Below are positions 23,185 to 35,549 of a stretch of DNA of 64,000 bases, in pieces. The position numbers were made by a program, and so were the translations under genes. Each line of letters starts with the position of its first letter. Position 1 is the stretch's first letter. The DNA comes from Octopus sinensis (taxonomy: Eukaryota): contig NC_043005.1 of the NCBI RefSeq assembly GCF_006345805.1, positions 5,766,001 to 5,830,000 of the forward strand. Reading direction: 5' to 3'. The notes beneath the pieces are model-generated. The model made no database searches, had not been told where the DNA came from, and saw only the letters and a list, made by a program, of their open reading frames with translations.

Positions 23185-26100
23185 TATATACATACACACA
23201 TACATCTGCACACATTACATATATATAGGTACAGATGTGGCTGTGTAGTAAGAAGCTTGCTTCCCAACCACATGGTTCAAGTTCAGTCCCACTGCATGGC
23301 ACCCTGGGCAAGTATCTTCTTCTATAACTTCAGGCTAGCCAAAGTTGTGAGTGGATTTGGTAGACGGAAACTGAAAGATTTGTCCCCCCACCATTGCTTG
23401 GTAACTAATGTTAGTGTGTTTATGTCCCCAAAACTTAGTTCAGCAAAAGAGACCGATAGAACAAGTGCTAGGCTTACAAAGAATTAAGTCCTGGGGTCGA
23501 TTTGTTCAACTAAAGCAGTGCCTCTAGTATTGCCGCAGTCAAAATGACTTGAAACAAGTAAAAGAATACACTGTTTTGCATACATTTTCCCACATACACC
23601 AGCTTGTAAAGATGTGCCAAGTGCAAACATTTCTGTACCGAATATTCTTATAGTAAACCACTTGCCTAGTATCTAGGACTTATCAGTCTTGGTTACGACC
23701 CTTTGATCACTAGACATACATTTATATGGAAGGTCTGAATGTACAGCTGCGAGACTGCTCAGTGCAGATATTGTGCCTCACTGTTATCAATTTGTTGTTG
23801 ACCATAAGTGCTAAAAGATATTTACCTGCCATAAGTCAAAGCCCACAGCACCAATGCTAGTGTATTTGTAGAGATTTGTGTCAGGAGAATAGTCTGGGTT
23901 ATCAATTTCTGGGTGGATCCATTCGCCCTTGTAGCTGGGGTTATCAATCTGCTTGGGTTTCCATTCACCCTGTAAAGAACAATATCAGTCACCATGTCAA
24001 TAACTGAAAGGTTACCAGGCAGAAAGATTGAAATCTACATTTACAAAATCTGAACTCTGAATTACAACTTACTTTGTAGGCTGGGTTATCAATCATTGGG
24101 GGTTCCCATTCTCCATCCATATCATCATCCCAATCATCAGGTTTCTTGGCATCAGGGTCAGGAATGTGTTCGGGTTGATCCCAATCTTCAGGTTTTTTGT
24201 CATCAGGGTCATCCATTTTCTCACGATCATCCCAATCTTCTGGTTTCTTTGCACTAGGATCCTAAGTGGAAAAATAAATAAATACCCTGATCAGTCAGAG
24301 ACGCAGCTCGTATTGATATACAAAGTAACAGTGGAAACAGAAGTAGGATTTATATTTTAAAGGTTGTCACCAATGGTGTAAAATTACAGATTCAAGAAAG
24401 GTATTTTAGTCCTAAACATTTCAACATGCTGTCAATCCAGTATTTCAACATCAAGAGGGAACCAGTAGAGAAAATTGATAACATTTCCCAAGTCAACATA
24501 GCAAAAACATCTTAAAGTACCTTTCGAGAGAAATTGAAAGCCTTGTTATATTGTATTGTGTAACATTTGATTAACAAGTTACAAACATTCATCTAACATT
24601 CAGCAGAAGCACTGAGCAGTCTTTTTAACTGAATCATCCAGGTGTATCGAAACAAATGGATGAAATAACAGTCAAAATACTTAAGTAGTGTGATCCAACT
24701 TCTGGTTGTAGCTATGCACTAAAGCACTTACTCAAAATCTGTACAAAGTCAAACAATCAGAAGGAGCCATAAGGAATTTCTACACAATGCTCTAAAACTG
24801 ATAAACATCTCTTTTCACTAAATCTGGCTGGCTGGGTTTACACATAACATATATAAATAATGGGCAGCAAGCTAGCAGAATTATTGACACAGTGGACAAT
24901 ATGCTTAGCAGCATTTCGTCCATCTTTATACTCAGAGTTTACCTTTCGCCCATTTGGAATTGATAAAACAAGCACCAGTTGAGCACCAAGGTTGATGTAA
25001 TCGACTTAACCATTCCCCCATAATTGCTGGCCTTCTCAAAAATTTGAAACAGAGATGATGCCCTGGCCATCTCTAAAAGAGCCAACAGGCACACATTTGA
25101 CAGGCTTAGAAAGGACCCGATTAGTGCCCTAGGCTCCCTGTGAGTCAACTATTGAGATCAACCTCACCAGCATGGACTTCCTAGATGTCACTCTAGACTT
25201 GGGGCTCCAGTACACACAGTCCCTACTGCACACCAAACGAAAGGCTGTCCTACATCCACACAGCCTCCTGCCAACCCCACCCCCTATCATATTCAAGAAC
25301 TTAGTGAAGGGTGTCAGCAAGAGGATCTCGAACTTATCCTCAAGCCAAGAAATGTCTGACACCACAGCCACCTATTACGAGGCACTCTGGAACATTGTTT
25401 GGTTTACCCCACATTTCTCACTCAATGTAAAGACTCATGTGGGAAGAATATTCCCCAGGATAGTAGACAAACACTCCAGACACACAGGAAAGGACCTTTT
25501 ATTGCACACCCACCATGGAAAGTATATTAGCGAACATCCATAAAACGTGGGAGGGAGTACAACGACTGACCAGTGGGGGACCAATGCAAGGCTGAGGAGT
25601 AATAGCAGCAATGGCTCATCCAACAACACTGACAGCAATGGCAGATACGCCAACGATCCCCAATGCCTGCAGCCCCAGCAAAGCTAGCAGTTCCACACCT
25701 AGTGTTACCAATGACGGCAACCACATGACCATCATTGACAATGGCACAACAAGCTAGAAGCAACCTAATGGCAGAATTGCACATTCACCATTTTAGCCCA
25801 TATGGACTGCTAAGTGAACTAGTCTAAGGTAGATAGTCATCACCAACCCAAATTGTTTATTAACTCACTGACTGTAACAATTCTACCTCCACAGTTTGAA
25901 AAGCTATATGGCCTTTGCTATTAGAGTCTGACGAGTCGTCCATAATGCGTATGCAAAACCACTGGGCCTTCTATGATTGGACATACACTCAACTGCATAT
26001 ATATATATATATATATATCATCATCATCATCATCGTCGTTTAACGTCCGTTCTCCATGCTAGCATGGGTTGGACGGTTCGACCGGGGTTCTGGGAAGCCA

Positions 26101-29100
26101 GAAGGCTGCACCAGGCTCCAGTCTAATTTGGCAATGTTTCTACAGCTGGATGCCCTTCCTAACGCCAACCACTCCGTGAGTGTAGTGGGTGCTTTTTACG
26201 TGCCACCTGCACAGGTGCCAGGCGGGGCTGGCAACGGTCACGGTCAGATTGGTGTATTTTATGTGCCACCGGCACGGAAGCCAGTCGAGGCGGTGCTGGC
26301 ATCGGCCACGAGTCGGATAGTGCTTTTTACGTACCACCAGACCAGGGATCCTGGCTGGTTCAATTCGATTTCGCTTGCCCCAACATGTCTTCACAAGCAA
26401 AGGGGGTTGGCAAGGGTGCCTGTCGTACGGTCGCATTGGAGTATTTTACGTGCCACGGCCACGAGTCGGATAGTGCTTTTTACGTACCACCAGACCAGGG
26501 ATCCTGGCTGGTTCAATTCGATTTCGATTTCGATTTCGCTTGCCCCAACATGTCTTCACAAGCAAAGGGGGTTGGCATGGGTGCCTGTCGTACGGTCGCA
26601 TTGGAGTATTTTACGTGCCACGGCCCCGAGTCGGATAGTGCTTTTTACGTACCACCAGGCCAGGGATCCTGGCTGGTTCAATTCGGTTTCGATTTCGATT
26701 TCGCTTGCCCCAACATGTCTTCGCAAGCATGGGGGGTTGGGATGGGTGTCTGTCGTCGGATGAGGTTCTATATCGACTTCGCTTGCCTCAACCGGTCTTT
26801 GTGTCCAAGGGAATATATCACCATGACCGACCAGGCAATCAGATGTAGCTACACACCGCTGGTCATAATGTGCTTCGCATTGTTTTAGCCTTCAAATGAC
26901 ACTACCCTGCTGGCTAAGCGAGCAGGCCAACAGAAGAAATAATGAAAGTCATGGCGAAAGAGTACAGCAAAGATTCCCCCCACCCCTGCTGGAGCCTCGT
27001 GGAGCTTTAAGTGTTTTTGCTCAATAAACACTCACAACGCCCGGTCTGGAAATCGAAACCACAATTCTACGACCGCGAGTCCACTGCCCTAACCATATAT
27101 ATATATATTTATTGTTGCAGTAACTACAAGTGTTTGTGGTATTGCTATTGAAGAATTCTAAAACAGAATAACTGTGAAACATGCAACAGATCAACAAGAA
27201 GAATAAGTTACCTTGATTTTCTTGGGTGGCAAGAAGTCCCAGTCAGATTCCAAATCGCCACTTTCAACTTTCTCGTTATCAATTTTCACTTCATAAGTGT
27301 TGTCTGGTTTTACTATCAAGGTGTACAAGTGGGTGTAAACATCATCCTGTAATAATTTCAAATGAATTTGATCAGCAATTTCCACAAATGCCAAATAATC
27401 AAAATAAAAATCATTTTCTTGACAAATATAAAAATTTTTAAGCTTTGCACCCTCACCTTGCATCGGATATCTTTTTTAGTCAACAAGTTCTTTCCTTTGT
27501 AGTTGAAGATGACATGTACTTTCTTCGTGCCAGGACCACAGATATCAGGACCTGGAGATATACAATACATTCGTACAAATTTCTGTCACTAGACCAAGGC
27601 AAAGTTGAAGCACCACTATTGATGAATTTCAACAATAATATTAACCCTAGTAATTAGTAATGTGCTCATGTTTATCTTGTTATATTTTTGTTGAAATATG
27701 TATTTTTTCAACAAATTTTGAAAATAAGAGTCTATTCAAATTATTCGATGTTTGAAACAGAAATTAACATGAAATTTTGATGGAAGGTTTAAATATCGTA
27801 ATTTTTTTATACAATTCCTAATAACATTTAGTTATAAAAATAAGTTGGTTTAAAAAAAAAAAACAGTGAATGAGTATGAGGGTTCCATAGAGCAAAATAG
27901 GCACCAATGGCAAAATCCTTTGAGAAACACTGCTGTAACTAAACAGAAGCTCGATTTATGACCAACATGGACATTTAGGATTTCAAGTTGCAAACTCATC
28001 TATGATACAACAATTAATTTTCTTCCGTGATCATTCCTCTGAACACTTGTAAGAAAGCCTTCACTCTTCAGTTGCTTAGAATACTATATTACACTTTCAC
28101 TATAGTGAAGCAAGTTACTGAGAGTCAAATGTCTTAGACATAGATGCTATACTGTACAAGTAACAGAAAGAAACCACTCTACTATTCTTCGCCATCCCCC
28201 ACCCTCAAATACAACTGAATTTATTATTTCTATAATAAATGCTTTTTTCAATGTCTTCAGTTAAGTGAAGCATGATAATGCTTACGAGATACAAGTACCA
28301 AAACTAAAAAGAATTTTTTTAATTTACTATTCTGTGATACAAACATCAATTTGAACTTGGAGAGTTGGTGAAACTAGAACTTTAACGGCTATAGTTATCC
28401 ATGAAGTTCAGAGAATGTGTTAATAAACTATGAAAGCTACTTAAATTTACCATCAGTATAAATTACTTCCAGGTCTTGGCACTAAAATGCATAGCTAGTT
28501 AGCTGCTGTGTACAATGCTTATGAAGGTCATAAATTTTACCTTTCAGCATTCAGGTCTAAAGGTGAGCCAGAACTTGTTTATAATTCATAGACATGAAAA
28601 CAGCATAAATGTGGTCAGTTCGCATGGTTGCTGAAGGCTTTCCATTACTGCAGAGAGATCTTTGCAGGACTAACCATCAGTTTATTAGATCAGAGATTAC
28701 TGATTCTTTCACTAATTTTAGTAATTAGACTAGTCATGCTGGGGCACTACTTGAGTTTTTGTCAAACAAATCAACACCCCTTGTACTTTTTTTTTTCTTT
28801 ATTAAAGCCCAGCACTTCTTGTATCAGTCTCTAAGTGACAGGGACTGGTTGTCAAGCACTGGCGTGAGACAGACACAGACAACTTTTCTTTCAGTTTGCA
28901 TCAACCAAATCCACTCACAAAGGGTTTGTTCAGTCAAGCATTAGATATTAGCTTTTAGTGGGACTGAACTCAGAACCATGTGGTTGGGAAATAAACTTCT
29001 TACCACACAGCCAGGCCTGCACCTGTTTATAGTTTTAACTACCATTAGTATAAATAACCACATCACCTTAACAGGCCAGTTCGAATCATTTGTAACACAC

Positions 29101-32100
29101 ACACACACGTTGTAGAATAAATAGAATTTGTATTCACCGAACATAATGAGGTATGGAGAATCGCCATGGAGATTTTTCTGATCAATATCATCACTGTACA
29201 ATTTGATGTAGCCACCACCACAGTCAATATTCTGTTCATGTTTCACTGTAAACTGGAGAACAAGTGGTTCATTTTCATTGCTGAATTTATCAAAATTAGC
29301 TGAAATTCCATAGAATTTAGCATCTTGTGATGTTTTCAAGCCTGTAAAGAGAGGATTTAGAAAAACAAAGTACTATGACAGCATGGGCGAAATATGGATA
29401 TACTGTGTATGGAGTCAGGAATTTCTTATTGAGCAGCATACCTTTGTCTTTGACAGCATCACCATAAAATTTTCCTGCTGATATTTCAAACTTTCCTTGA
29501 TCACTGCCTTTGTATATTGAGTCGACCCATTTTGATCGCCAAGAATCATCTGAAATAGAAAAGTAAGTGTTATTGTAACTTTTAAATAAATCCTTTTCCA
29601 GAAAAAAAAAAAGGGAGGGGCTGTCTTCAAGTTTACCATAAGAAATGAAAACGAAATAGCGCCACTAGTACAATCTAGAACCTTTAAAACAAGCTTTCTA
29701 GAATTGTCGTTAGGAACTAATAGCTATCACTTTTGATTCATCAATTAATTTGTCGAATTAATTATTTTGAAACCCCTTCCACCAAATAAAGCCCAAAATT
29801 TAGAAAAAGCAAAAGAAAAAAAGTACAAAACTTTAGAAGCAGTGTTACAAGTTAACCAGGTAAATTGAATTGACATTTTCACGTGACCTTAAAAAGAAAC
29901 TATTTTGCCCACGCCCCCTACTATATATGTCAGTGACTACAAGCTTAAAATTAAGCATGCAACAATATCAATAATTATGTTACAGGGGGAAATACCCCAA
30001 GAGACCACTCTGTACACTAAACACAAGCCCGGCAGAGTCTCAGATGTAATAAGAGGAGTTGAAAAACTTCGAGTAAACAACCATGCAATAAAAATTGAAG
30101 TTTTTCAACTCCTTATCTTACATATGCGCAACCCAACCCGTATTTGTATGGGAAAATATGCAAGCTATGGATTTCTATTGGTAAGTAATCCGATATAGCG
30201 ATAACAGTTTAAAAACTGTAAGTAGCTATATTTGCTTTGTTAAAGCCAATTTTTCTTGAGAAAATATTTATTACCATTAAAATGTGAATAATTTCCATTC
30301 AAGTGTAGTGTGTAGGTTAACGCATTACCGAAATAACATTTAAATACTGTGCGAGATAAATATTTCATCTGCTGACAAGGATTAACTGATATGCCATAAA
30401 GCTAAGCCTTATTTCTCACATTGTTAACCCTCATTTTTTATTTAAAATGCAAAATTTTAAAGCGGTGTTATCGAGTACCGGTCAGGATTTTTAAATAATT
30501 TTAAAATTCCGGGCTACAAATTAGTATAAAATTTTGTAAGGGAATCAACAACTAAAGTCCCCAACATTGCATGAATTCTTCACTGGTCTTGGCAGCGATC
30601 AAATAAAGGCACAAACTAGCAACCACCGAAACAAACTGCAATGCAGCTGGCTGCACCAAGGGAGGTCTGCTGGGGGAGAAGACTGTGGCAGACGCATTCA
30701 CTCTTACACACGTGGATATTAATTCAAGAATAAAAGCAGGGTTGGCATGGAATCAAATTATAGCAAGAGTTTCGGAAACAAAAAACAAATGTGAATACAG
30801 ATATGTTCACATGTATCAGATAAAATACAGAAAGAAAGAAAAAAATCAAGTAAAAACAGATAAGACAGACCACATGCTGCTTCAGATTATATCCGCATTT
30901 TGTTCCAAACGTAAATGCTACGGAGATCAGCCACCAGAACTGGTGGCCCAGAGTGATTGAGAGAGTTCAGAGGAAAGATGGACGGCAACACATACCCGTA
31001 AAGCCGACCTCTATTCGGCAAAAACTTGTTACAGACAGAAGGAACAAAATCAGACAACTATAACCCACTTATATCTAATCAGTAATGATAGAGAGCATTT
31101 ACAAGAATAACCTCCGTCGAGGAAACTATTATGGCACCACCGAGACCTACACAACCCGGCCATAAGTGTTTTTAATGTTTTAATCTAATCAGGACAAATT
31201 CGACAGAAAAAGCCCAAAATATAATGCATGATCTGTATTCCCCACTTCTTTTCCCAGATGGTTTAACCGTACTGGGAAAAAGTTCCTATTATACCAGCAT
31301 CAGCGCAATACCTTCAGAATTATTTCTAATTCTTCTACCTTTCTATTTCCAGTGATTCGCAGAAATTAATTATTAAAGAATATGACAATTGCGCCGAACA
31401 TCAATAAGCTCTTGGATAGAGAGAGAATAATTTCCAAGAGTGGAGGAAGTGATACGGTGGTTGAATGAAATAAGCTAGCAGCATATTTCTGACACATCAG
31501 CAATGATTATGTCTAACATAAAATACAGGGACAGAAATTTTGCCGGCGGGGGATGCTATTATATGACTAGTTTAAATCGACTCCTTAATATTCAACACAT
31601 TTTATCGAACCCGGCGCGATTTTAACTCCAGAAAAGAATCTTAACCAAATAACGCTCCATCGATACAAGAATAATTCCTAACCCTGACAGAATAACCATA
31701 AATATTCCAAGTGTTGCTATTTGATCAGTTCCAATTTTTGGAACATCCACAGAAAATAGAGTACATTTAATTTTATGGAGTGGAGGAACCATCGCTTTCA
31801 CAGTCTTCATTAATTTTTTTCTTAATATGAGCCTAATGCATGTGTATATATTTTTGTATTTATATATGCAGATTTCGATGTTGGTCGATTCCTTGGGAGC
31901 TGGAGTTTCACTGTGAGGAGAGAGCATTAGTATTTCTTTACTTTGGAATTTTAGCTTCGTTAATTGATTCTTTTAAAGACGAACAAACCCAAAGCCAAGA
32001 TAAAATTCTAACTGAACACAACATACTTAGATTACCAATTTGAATTTGGGACCGCAAGGGCGAGAATATAGAATACATACCATTCAGGATATTTTGAATA

Positions 32101-33443
32101 GATGTCTGTTTTTCTGCATCACCGAAGATGCACAGAATCAACAGCAATTGGTGGGAGTCAAAGAGAAAATACCGAAACACACACACATGGCTTTCGAGTT
32201 TTCTGGCAGTTTCTCCAACCTATCTCTGAATTACATATGCAGACTAATATTAATATTATTTACTGCCGCTGTTTAACTGAACCTACGTTGAAAGGCGTTC
32301 CAGCCATGGCCACTCTTTTATTATATATATTAAGGGCTAGTGTTCAATGTGTTCTGTTTTTTTTCAAAGATAGTGATTCAAAGATGTTTGCTATTCCTAG
32401 AAGGTGGAGTAATAGCTATTAGCATCATTAGGCTCGTCCCTTGTGGGTTGTCCTCAATATTTTTTGGGCCCTTGTGGCCAATAAAAGAAATTGGTATTAG
32501 GACAGTGGATTGACAGAGTCATTAGAGCCTTGAACAAAACTCCTAGGGGCATTTCTTTCAGCTTTTTTGTTCAGGGTTCAAATCCCGCTCAGGCAATCTG
32601 TACCTTTTAGTCCTATGTTGTAAATAAAATAAAGTACCAATCAAGTACTGGGATCGATATAATCGATATGACTTATGCTTAGGATAAAAACATTATTATT
32701 AATACTAGGCCCAAGTTAGAAATCATCGTAGATTTATATTTAATGAGCGTTAAAAGGAAGGCGTTTATGGACATTTTCAAATTATATTTGATGAAACAAT
32801 GCAAACAACTTTTAGCTTATTTCATTTTTAAAAACAAATTAATCAAAGTGTCAATAAAACTGCTAATCCGTGGAACCGAATCCTGCTACAGACTGCAAAG
32901 AGGTTTCGATTCCAGGTCAAAGCCATTTTGCTACAGACTAAATAAAATCTCCAATAAAAAGAACTGGATTGAGCACATTTTTTTTTCACATTCTAAGCTC
33001 CTCTCAATACAACTGAGGGTGTAATTAATGAAAACAAAATCAACGTATGGATTTTTTATTTAAAATATTTTCTGTGTGTTTTTCATTTCCGTTTTTTTCT
33101 TCTCAACAAGAAAAGCAATATCTGTTTCCAAAATCACCAGCTTCTAATTGAGATTTTTAATTTAAATTGTTTTATTCTCATTCAACGAAGTCGGATATCT
33201 GAAACTGCAGTAAAAATAAGGGAACAATATTGACACAGGCAATATTGTCCGTCGTCCCCAATTAATTAAAAATAATGTGATGATGGTAACAACGATGCCA
33301 AGTTGTTGATGATGAAGAGGGATTTAAAAAAAAAAAGAGAAAGTTTGTTACTCACCAATGAAATCTTCTTTGAAATACACTTTCGCATTAGAAAGAGCAA
33401 CTAAAACTAAGAAAAGCCCTCCGGATAGCGTAAGGCGCTCCAT
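18979..33443 (-). CDS. CALR: Calreticulin, complete 11-exon CDS, 1245 nt / 414 aa: join complement(33356-33443, 29442-29549, 29138-29341, 27457-27551, 27212-27346, 24073-24261, 23826-23969, 21422-21514, 20995-21079, 20164-20243, 18979-19002)
   Basis: Signal peptide, [24 protein letters not shown]-domain repeats ([29 protein letters not shown]), VKSGTIFDN and an acidic C-domain. All introns are GT-AG and phases add to an open frame. Confidence 0.97.
20164..20243 (-). CDS. CALR: Calreticulin exon 10 (acidic tract [27 protein letters not shown])
   Basis: Tandem AAG/AAG acceptor (exon start 20243 or 20240), AAG|GTATA donor. Confidence 0.88.
20995..21079 (-). CDS. CALR: Calreticulin exon 9 ([28 protein letters not shown])
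   Basis: CTTTAG acceptor, G|GTTGG donor, 85 nt. Confidence 0.9.
21422..21514 (-). CDS. CALR: Calreticulin exon 8 ([13 protein letters not shown]...ETWAKTK)
   Basis: CATTAG acceptor, AAG|GTAAT donor, 93 nt. Confidence 0.97.
23227..23568 (+). mobile_element. Family A SINE in calreticulin intron 7
   Basis: GTGGCTGTGTAGTAAG head through GCAGTCAAAATGACTTGAAACAAGTAAAAG tail. Confidence 0.85.
23826..23969 (-). CDS. CALR: Calreticulin exon 7 ([11 protein letters not shown]...GFDLWQ)
   Basis: TTACAG acceptor, CAG|GTAAA donor, 144 nt. Confidence 0.97.
24073..24261 (-). CDS. CALR: Calreticulin exon 6 (P-domain; [11 protein letters not shown]...IDNPAYK)
   Basis: ACTTAG acceptor, AAA|GTAAGT donor, 189 nt. 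Confidence 0.97.
25130..25510 (+). mobile_element. Penelope-like element RT C-terminal fragment in calreticulin intron 5
   Basis: [35 protein letters not shown] and [20 protein letters not shown] resemble the PLE RT thumb/linker motifs. Confidence 0.7.
26018..26812 (-). mobile_element. RTE-tail element with an internal 3-unit tandem repeat (153/165/truncated bp)
   Basis: (CAT)n-GTTTAACGTCCG tail. Units start at 26306, 26459 and 26624 and differ by (ATTTCG)n copy number. Confidence 0.8.
26815..27095 (-). mobile_element. Family C SINE
   Basis: Co-linear with 11870-12156. Confidence 0.8.
27212..27346 (-). CDS. CALR: Calreticulin exon 5 ([24 protein letters not shown]...[10 protein letters not shown])
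   Basis: TTACAG acceptor, AAG|GTAAC donor, 135 nt. Confidence 0.97.
27457..27551 (-). CDS. CALR: Calreticulin exon 4 ([32 protein letters not shown])
   Basis: CTCCAG acceptor, AAG|GTGAG donor, 95 nt. Confidence 0.97.
28730..29022 (-). mobile_element. Degenerate family A SINE in calreticulin intron 3
   Basis: Reverse complement of the family A head (GTGGGACTGAACTCAGAACCATGTGGTTGGG..ACCACACAGCC) and body. Confidence 0.7.
29138..29341 (-). CDS. CALR: Calreticulin exon 3 ([12 protein letters not shown]...DCGGGYIK...YLIMF)
   Basis: TTACAG acceptor, G|GTGAA donor, 204 nt. Confidence 0.97.
29442..29549 (-). CDS. CALR: Calreticulin exon 2 ([36 protein letters not shown])
   Basis: TTTCAG acceptor, G|GTATG donor, 108 nt. 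Confidence 0.95.
33356..33443 (-). CDS. CALR: Calreticulin exon 1 (signal peptide; [29 protein letters not shown])
   Basis: ATG at 33443, donor G|GTGAG, phase 1. Confidence 0.92.
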
Positions 33444-33654
33444 ATTTCTTTTTTTTATTATTATTTATCGGTTTTTGTTTTTAAAAAAATTTTTCTTTTC
33501 GGGGGTCGAGCAGACACTTGCGTCAAATTGAAACCACGGCGCCGACTGAAGGCCAAGAGGGTTTTGTAGCGCTATTTGTTAGAGAGAGGTGGAGGCGAGG
33601 GGGAGGACATGTGATGAAGACAGATGGAAGCTGTTCATTGGTCGAGACGTCCGA

Positions 33655-33673
33655 CCAATCGCAGCTCACCACG
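33655..33673 (+). promoter_or_regulatory. ER stress response element (ERSE), perfect CCAAT-N9-CCACG, 212 nt upstream of the calreticulin ATG
   Basis: CCAAT CGCAGCTCA CCACG matches the established NF-Y/ATF6 ERSE consensus typical of ER chaperone promoters. Confidence 0.85.
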
Positions 33674-34754
33674 CGCAATGCAGCCGTTGTTCAATCGAAA
33701 TATCAAACGTTAGTTACATTAGAGTGTGTGCAATTCATGTTGAGAATAAATTCTACGGTAGCCCCAAACTGCAACAAATGTTATAAATGCAAACCTAGTT
33801 CTCATTCATTCCGCCACAACCACTGCCAGTTGTTGCTGTGGTCGTCGTCGTGAATGTCACCACCGCCACCATCATCATTATGGTCATCAAGTTTTTTTCC
33901 CGTCTTATCGCCAGTCATCATCACCTTCGTTACCGCCATCAAGCTTTGCTCTTTATCTTATTGTCATCATAATCATCATTTACTCAAATATATCCTATAT
34001 TTGTACCTAAAATGTGTTTGAGTGCTTGTCCGCCGTGAATAGTGCAACTGATAACTGCTGACAAAGTCCGTGAGTGATCCGAGTTCAGTTCCCAGTTCCA
34101 ATTATTTCACTTAATTCTTCTGGGAAAACCAGGAACGCCATAACGGTTATCCCCCACCCACCCATAAAATATATAACAAATGATCAATAAAAATGAATGT
34201 TTCTTGTCATAAACCTTCGCAGTTTATTGTGGTTCTTCTGGGAGGAGGGGTAACCCCAGTTCAGCCTTGATCGAGTGGCTCTCTAACCACGAGCATTCCA
34301 GCTGGTTCTTTCCCGTTTTTTTTTTCTTTTACGGATATGTAGGTCTAAGTTATCCAGTATGTTCTGCGTATCCATATGTAGGGTGTGGCTTGAGGGAGAT
34401 TTAGCTGCTATTTCTAGCAGGTTAACGGTCACATAGTGGTTACTTCAATCTTTGTCCCTATTTAGACGTGTGTACGCTCAGAACTGCCAGCAGAAATTTG
34501 GCAAAGTGGAACAAGGTTACTTTACCCTTTCTCTTCTCCCCCTTGTCCTAGTAAGTGATTGGAGGCTCCTTCCCATCATCAGAAATTTAGGAGGACCCTT
34601 CTGAGATGTCTGGGATAATGTACTAGGCCATGCATATGCTCACTTATATGTATGCCTATATTTGTATTAATTTATTTTACATCTTTTACTAGTTCCAATT
34701 ATTTTGGTTGAGGCTAAACCTGGGCCTCCTGTTCGATTAAGTGCAGTTATTACA

Positions 34755-34937
34755 GTGCCGGTGGCACGTAAAAAGCACCCACTACACTCACGGAGTGGTT
34801 GGCGTTAGGAAGGGCATCAAGCTGTAGAAACACTGCCAGATCAGACTGGGCCTGGTGCAGCCTCCTGGCTTCCCAGACCCCAGTTGAACCGTCCAACCCA
34901 TGCTAGCATGGAAAGCGGACGTTAAATGATGATGATG
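34755..34937 (+). mobile_element. Short RTE-tail element
   Basis: GTGGCACGTAAAAAGCACCCACTACAC...GCATGGAAAGCGGACGTTAAATGATGATGATG. Confidence 0.8.
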
Positions 34938-35549
34938 GCTATGTAGTTAAGAAATTCACTGCCCAACCTTGTGGTTTTGGATTTGATCCCACTGTGCAGC
35001 ACCCACTATAGCTCCTACCCAACTGATGCTTTGTGAGTGAATTTTGTATCCAGAAACTTTGTCTGTGTGTGTGTATTTGTGCTTTGCTTTTCTTCACTTG
35101 ACAACTGGTATCCATTTACATACGCCATAACTTAACAGTTCAATCCAAGAGACCAATAGAATAGGTACCAGATTTTAAAATGAAGCATAGAGGGCACCAG
35201 TTTGTTTGACTAAACTCTTCAGGTTCATGCCCCAGAATAGCTGCAGTCCAGGGGCTGAAACAAAGAAAAGATAAATGACAAGAGACTACAATAAAATAAT
35301 AGCATTCCTTGTACTACCAGAAATGTGGACTTCTACTGGCCTAAGTGATACAATAAGTCAATGTATTTAAAAAGCATGTGGTGTTCACTTCCAAAAGATC
35401 CTAATTACACATTTGTGTGGTACAGTAATTCATAAAGAGAAAAATAACAATTTTCACTTAAAGCATGAATGAAACCTTGAGTTAAAACATTAATGAGGTT
35501 ACAACACTAATTAAAGTTTAAGTAAAAAATTGTTGCAAAAGTAACATTA

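Noticed and set aside
25928-25975. CTGACGAG hammerhead-like core downstream of the Penelope fragment
   Set aside because: GAAA is replaced by AAAA and no convincing stem II or III forms; at most a dead remnant.
26306-26760. 235-aa and 167-aa ORFs as genuine protein-coding genes
   Set aside because: Entirely derived from an RTE 3' tail and its tandem repeat, with no recognisable domain. Kept only as a low-interest finding.
31622-31927. 101-aa ORF with a hydrophobic segment in calreticulin intron 1 (same strand)
   Set aside because: No convincing splice sites or homology; the length is within chance expectation for this window.
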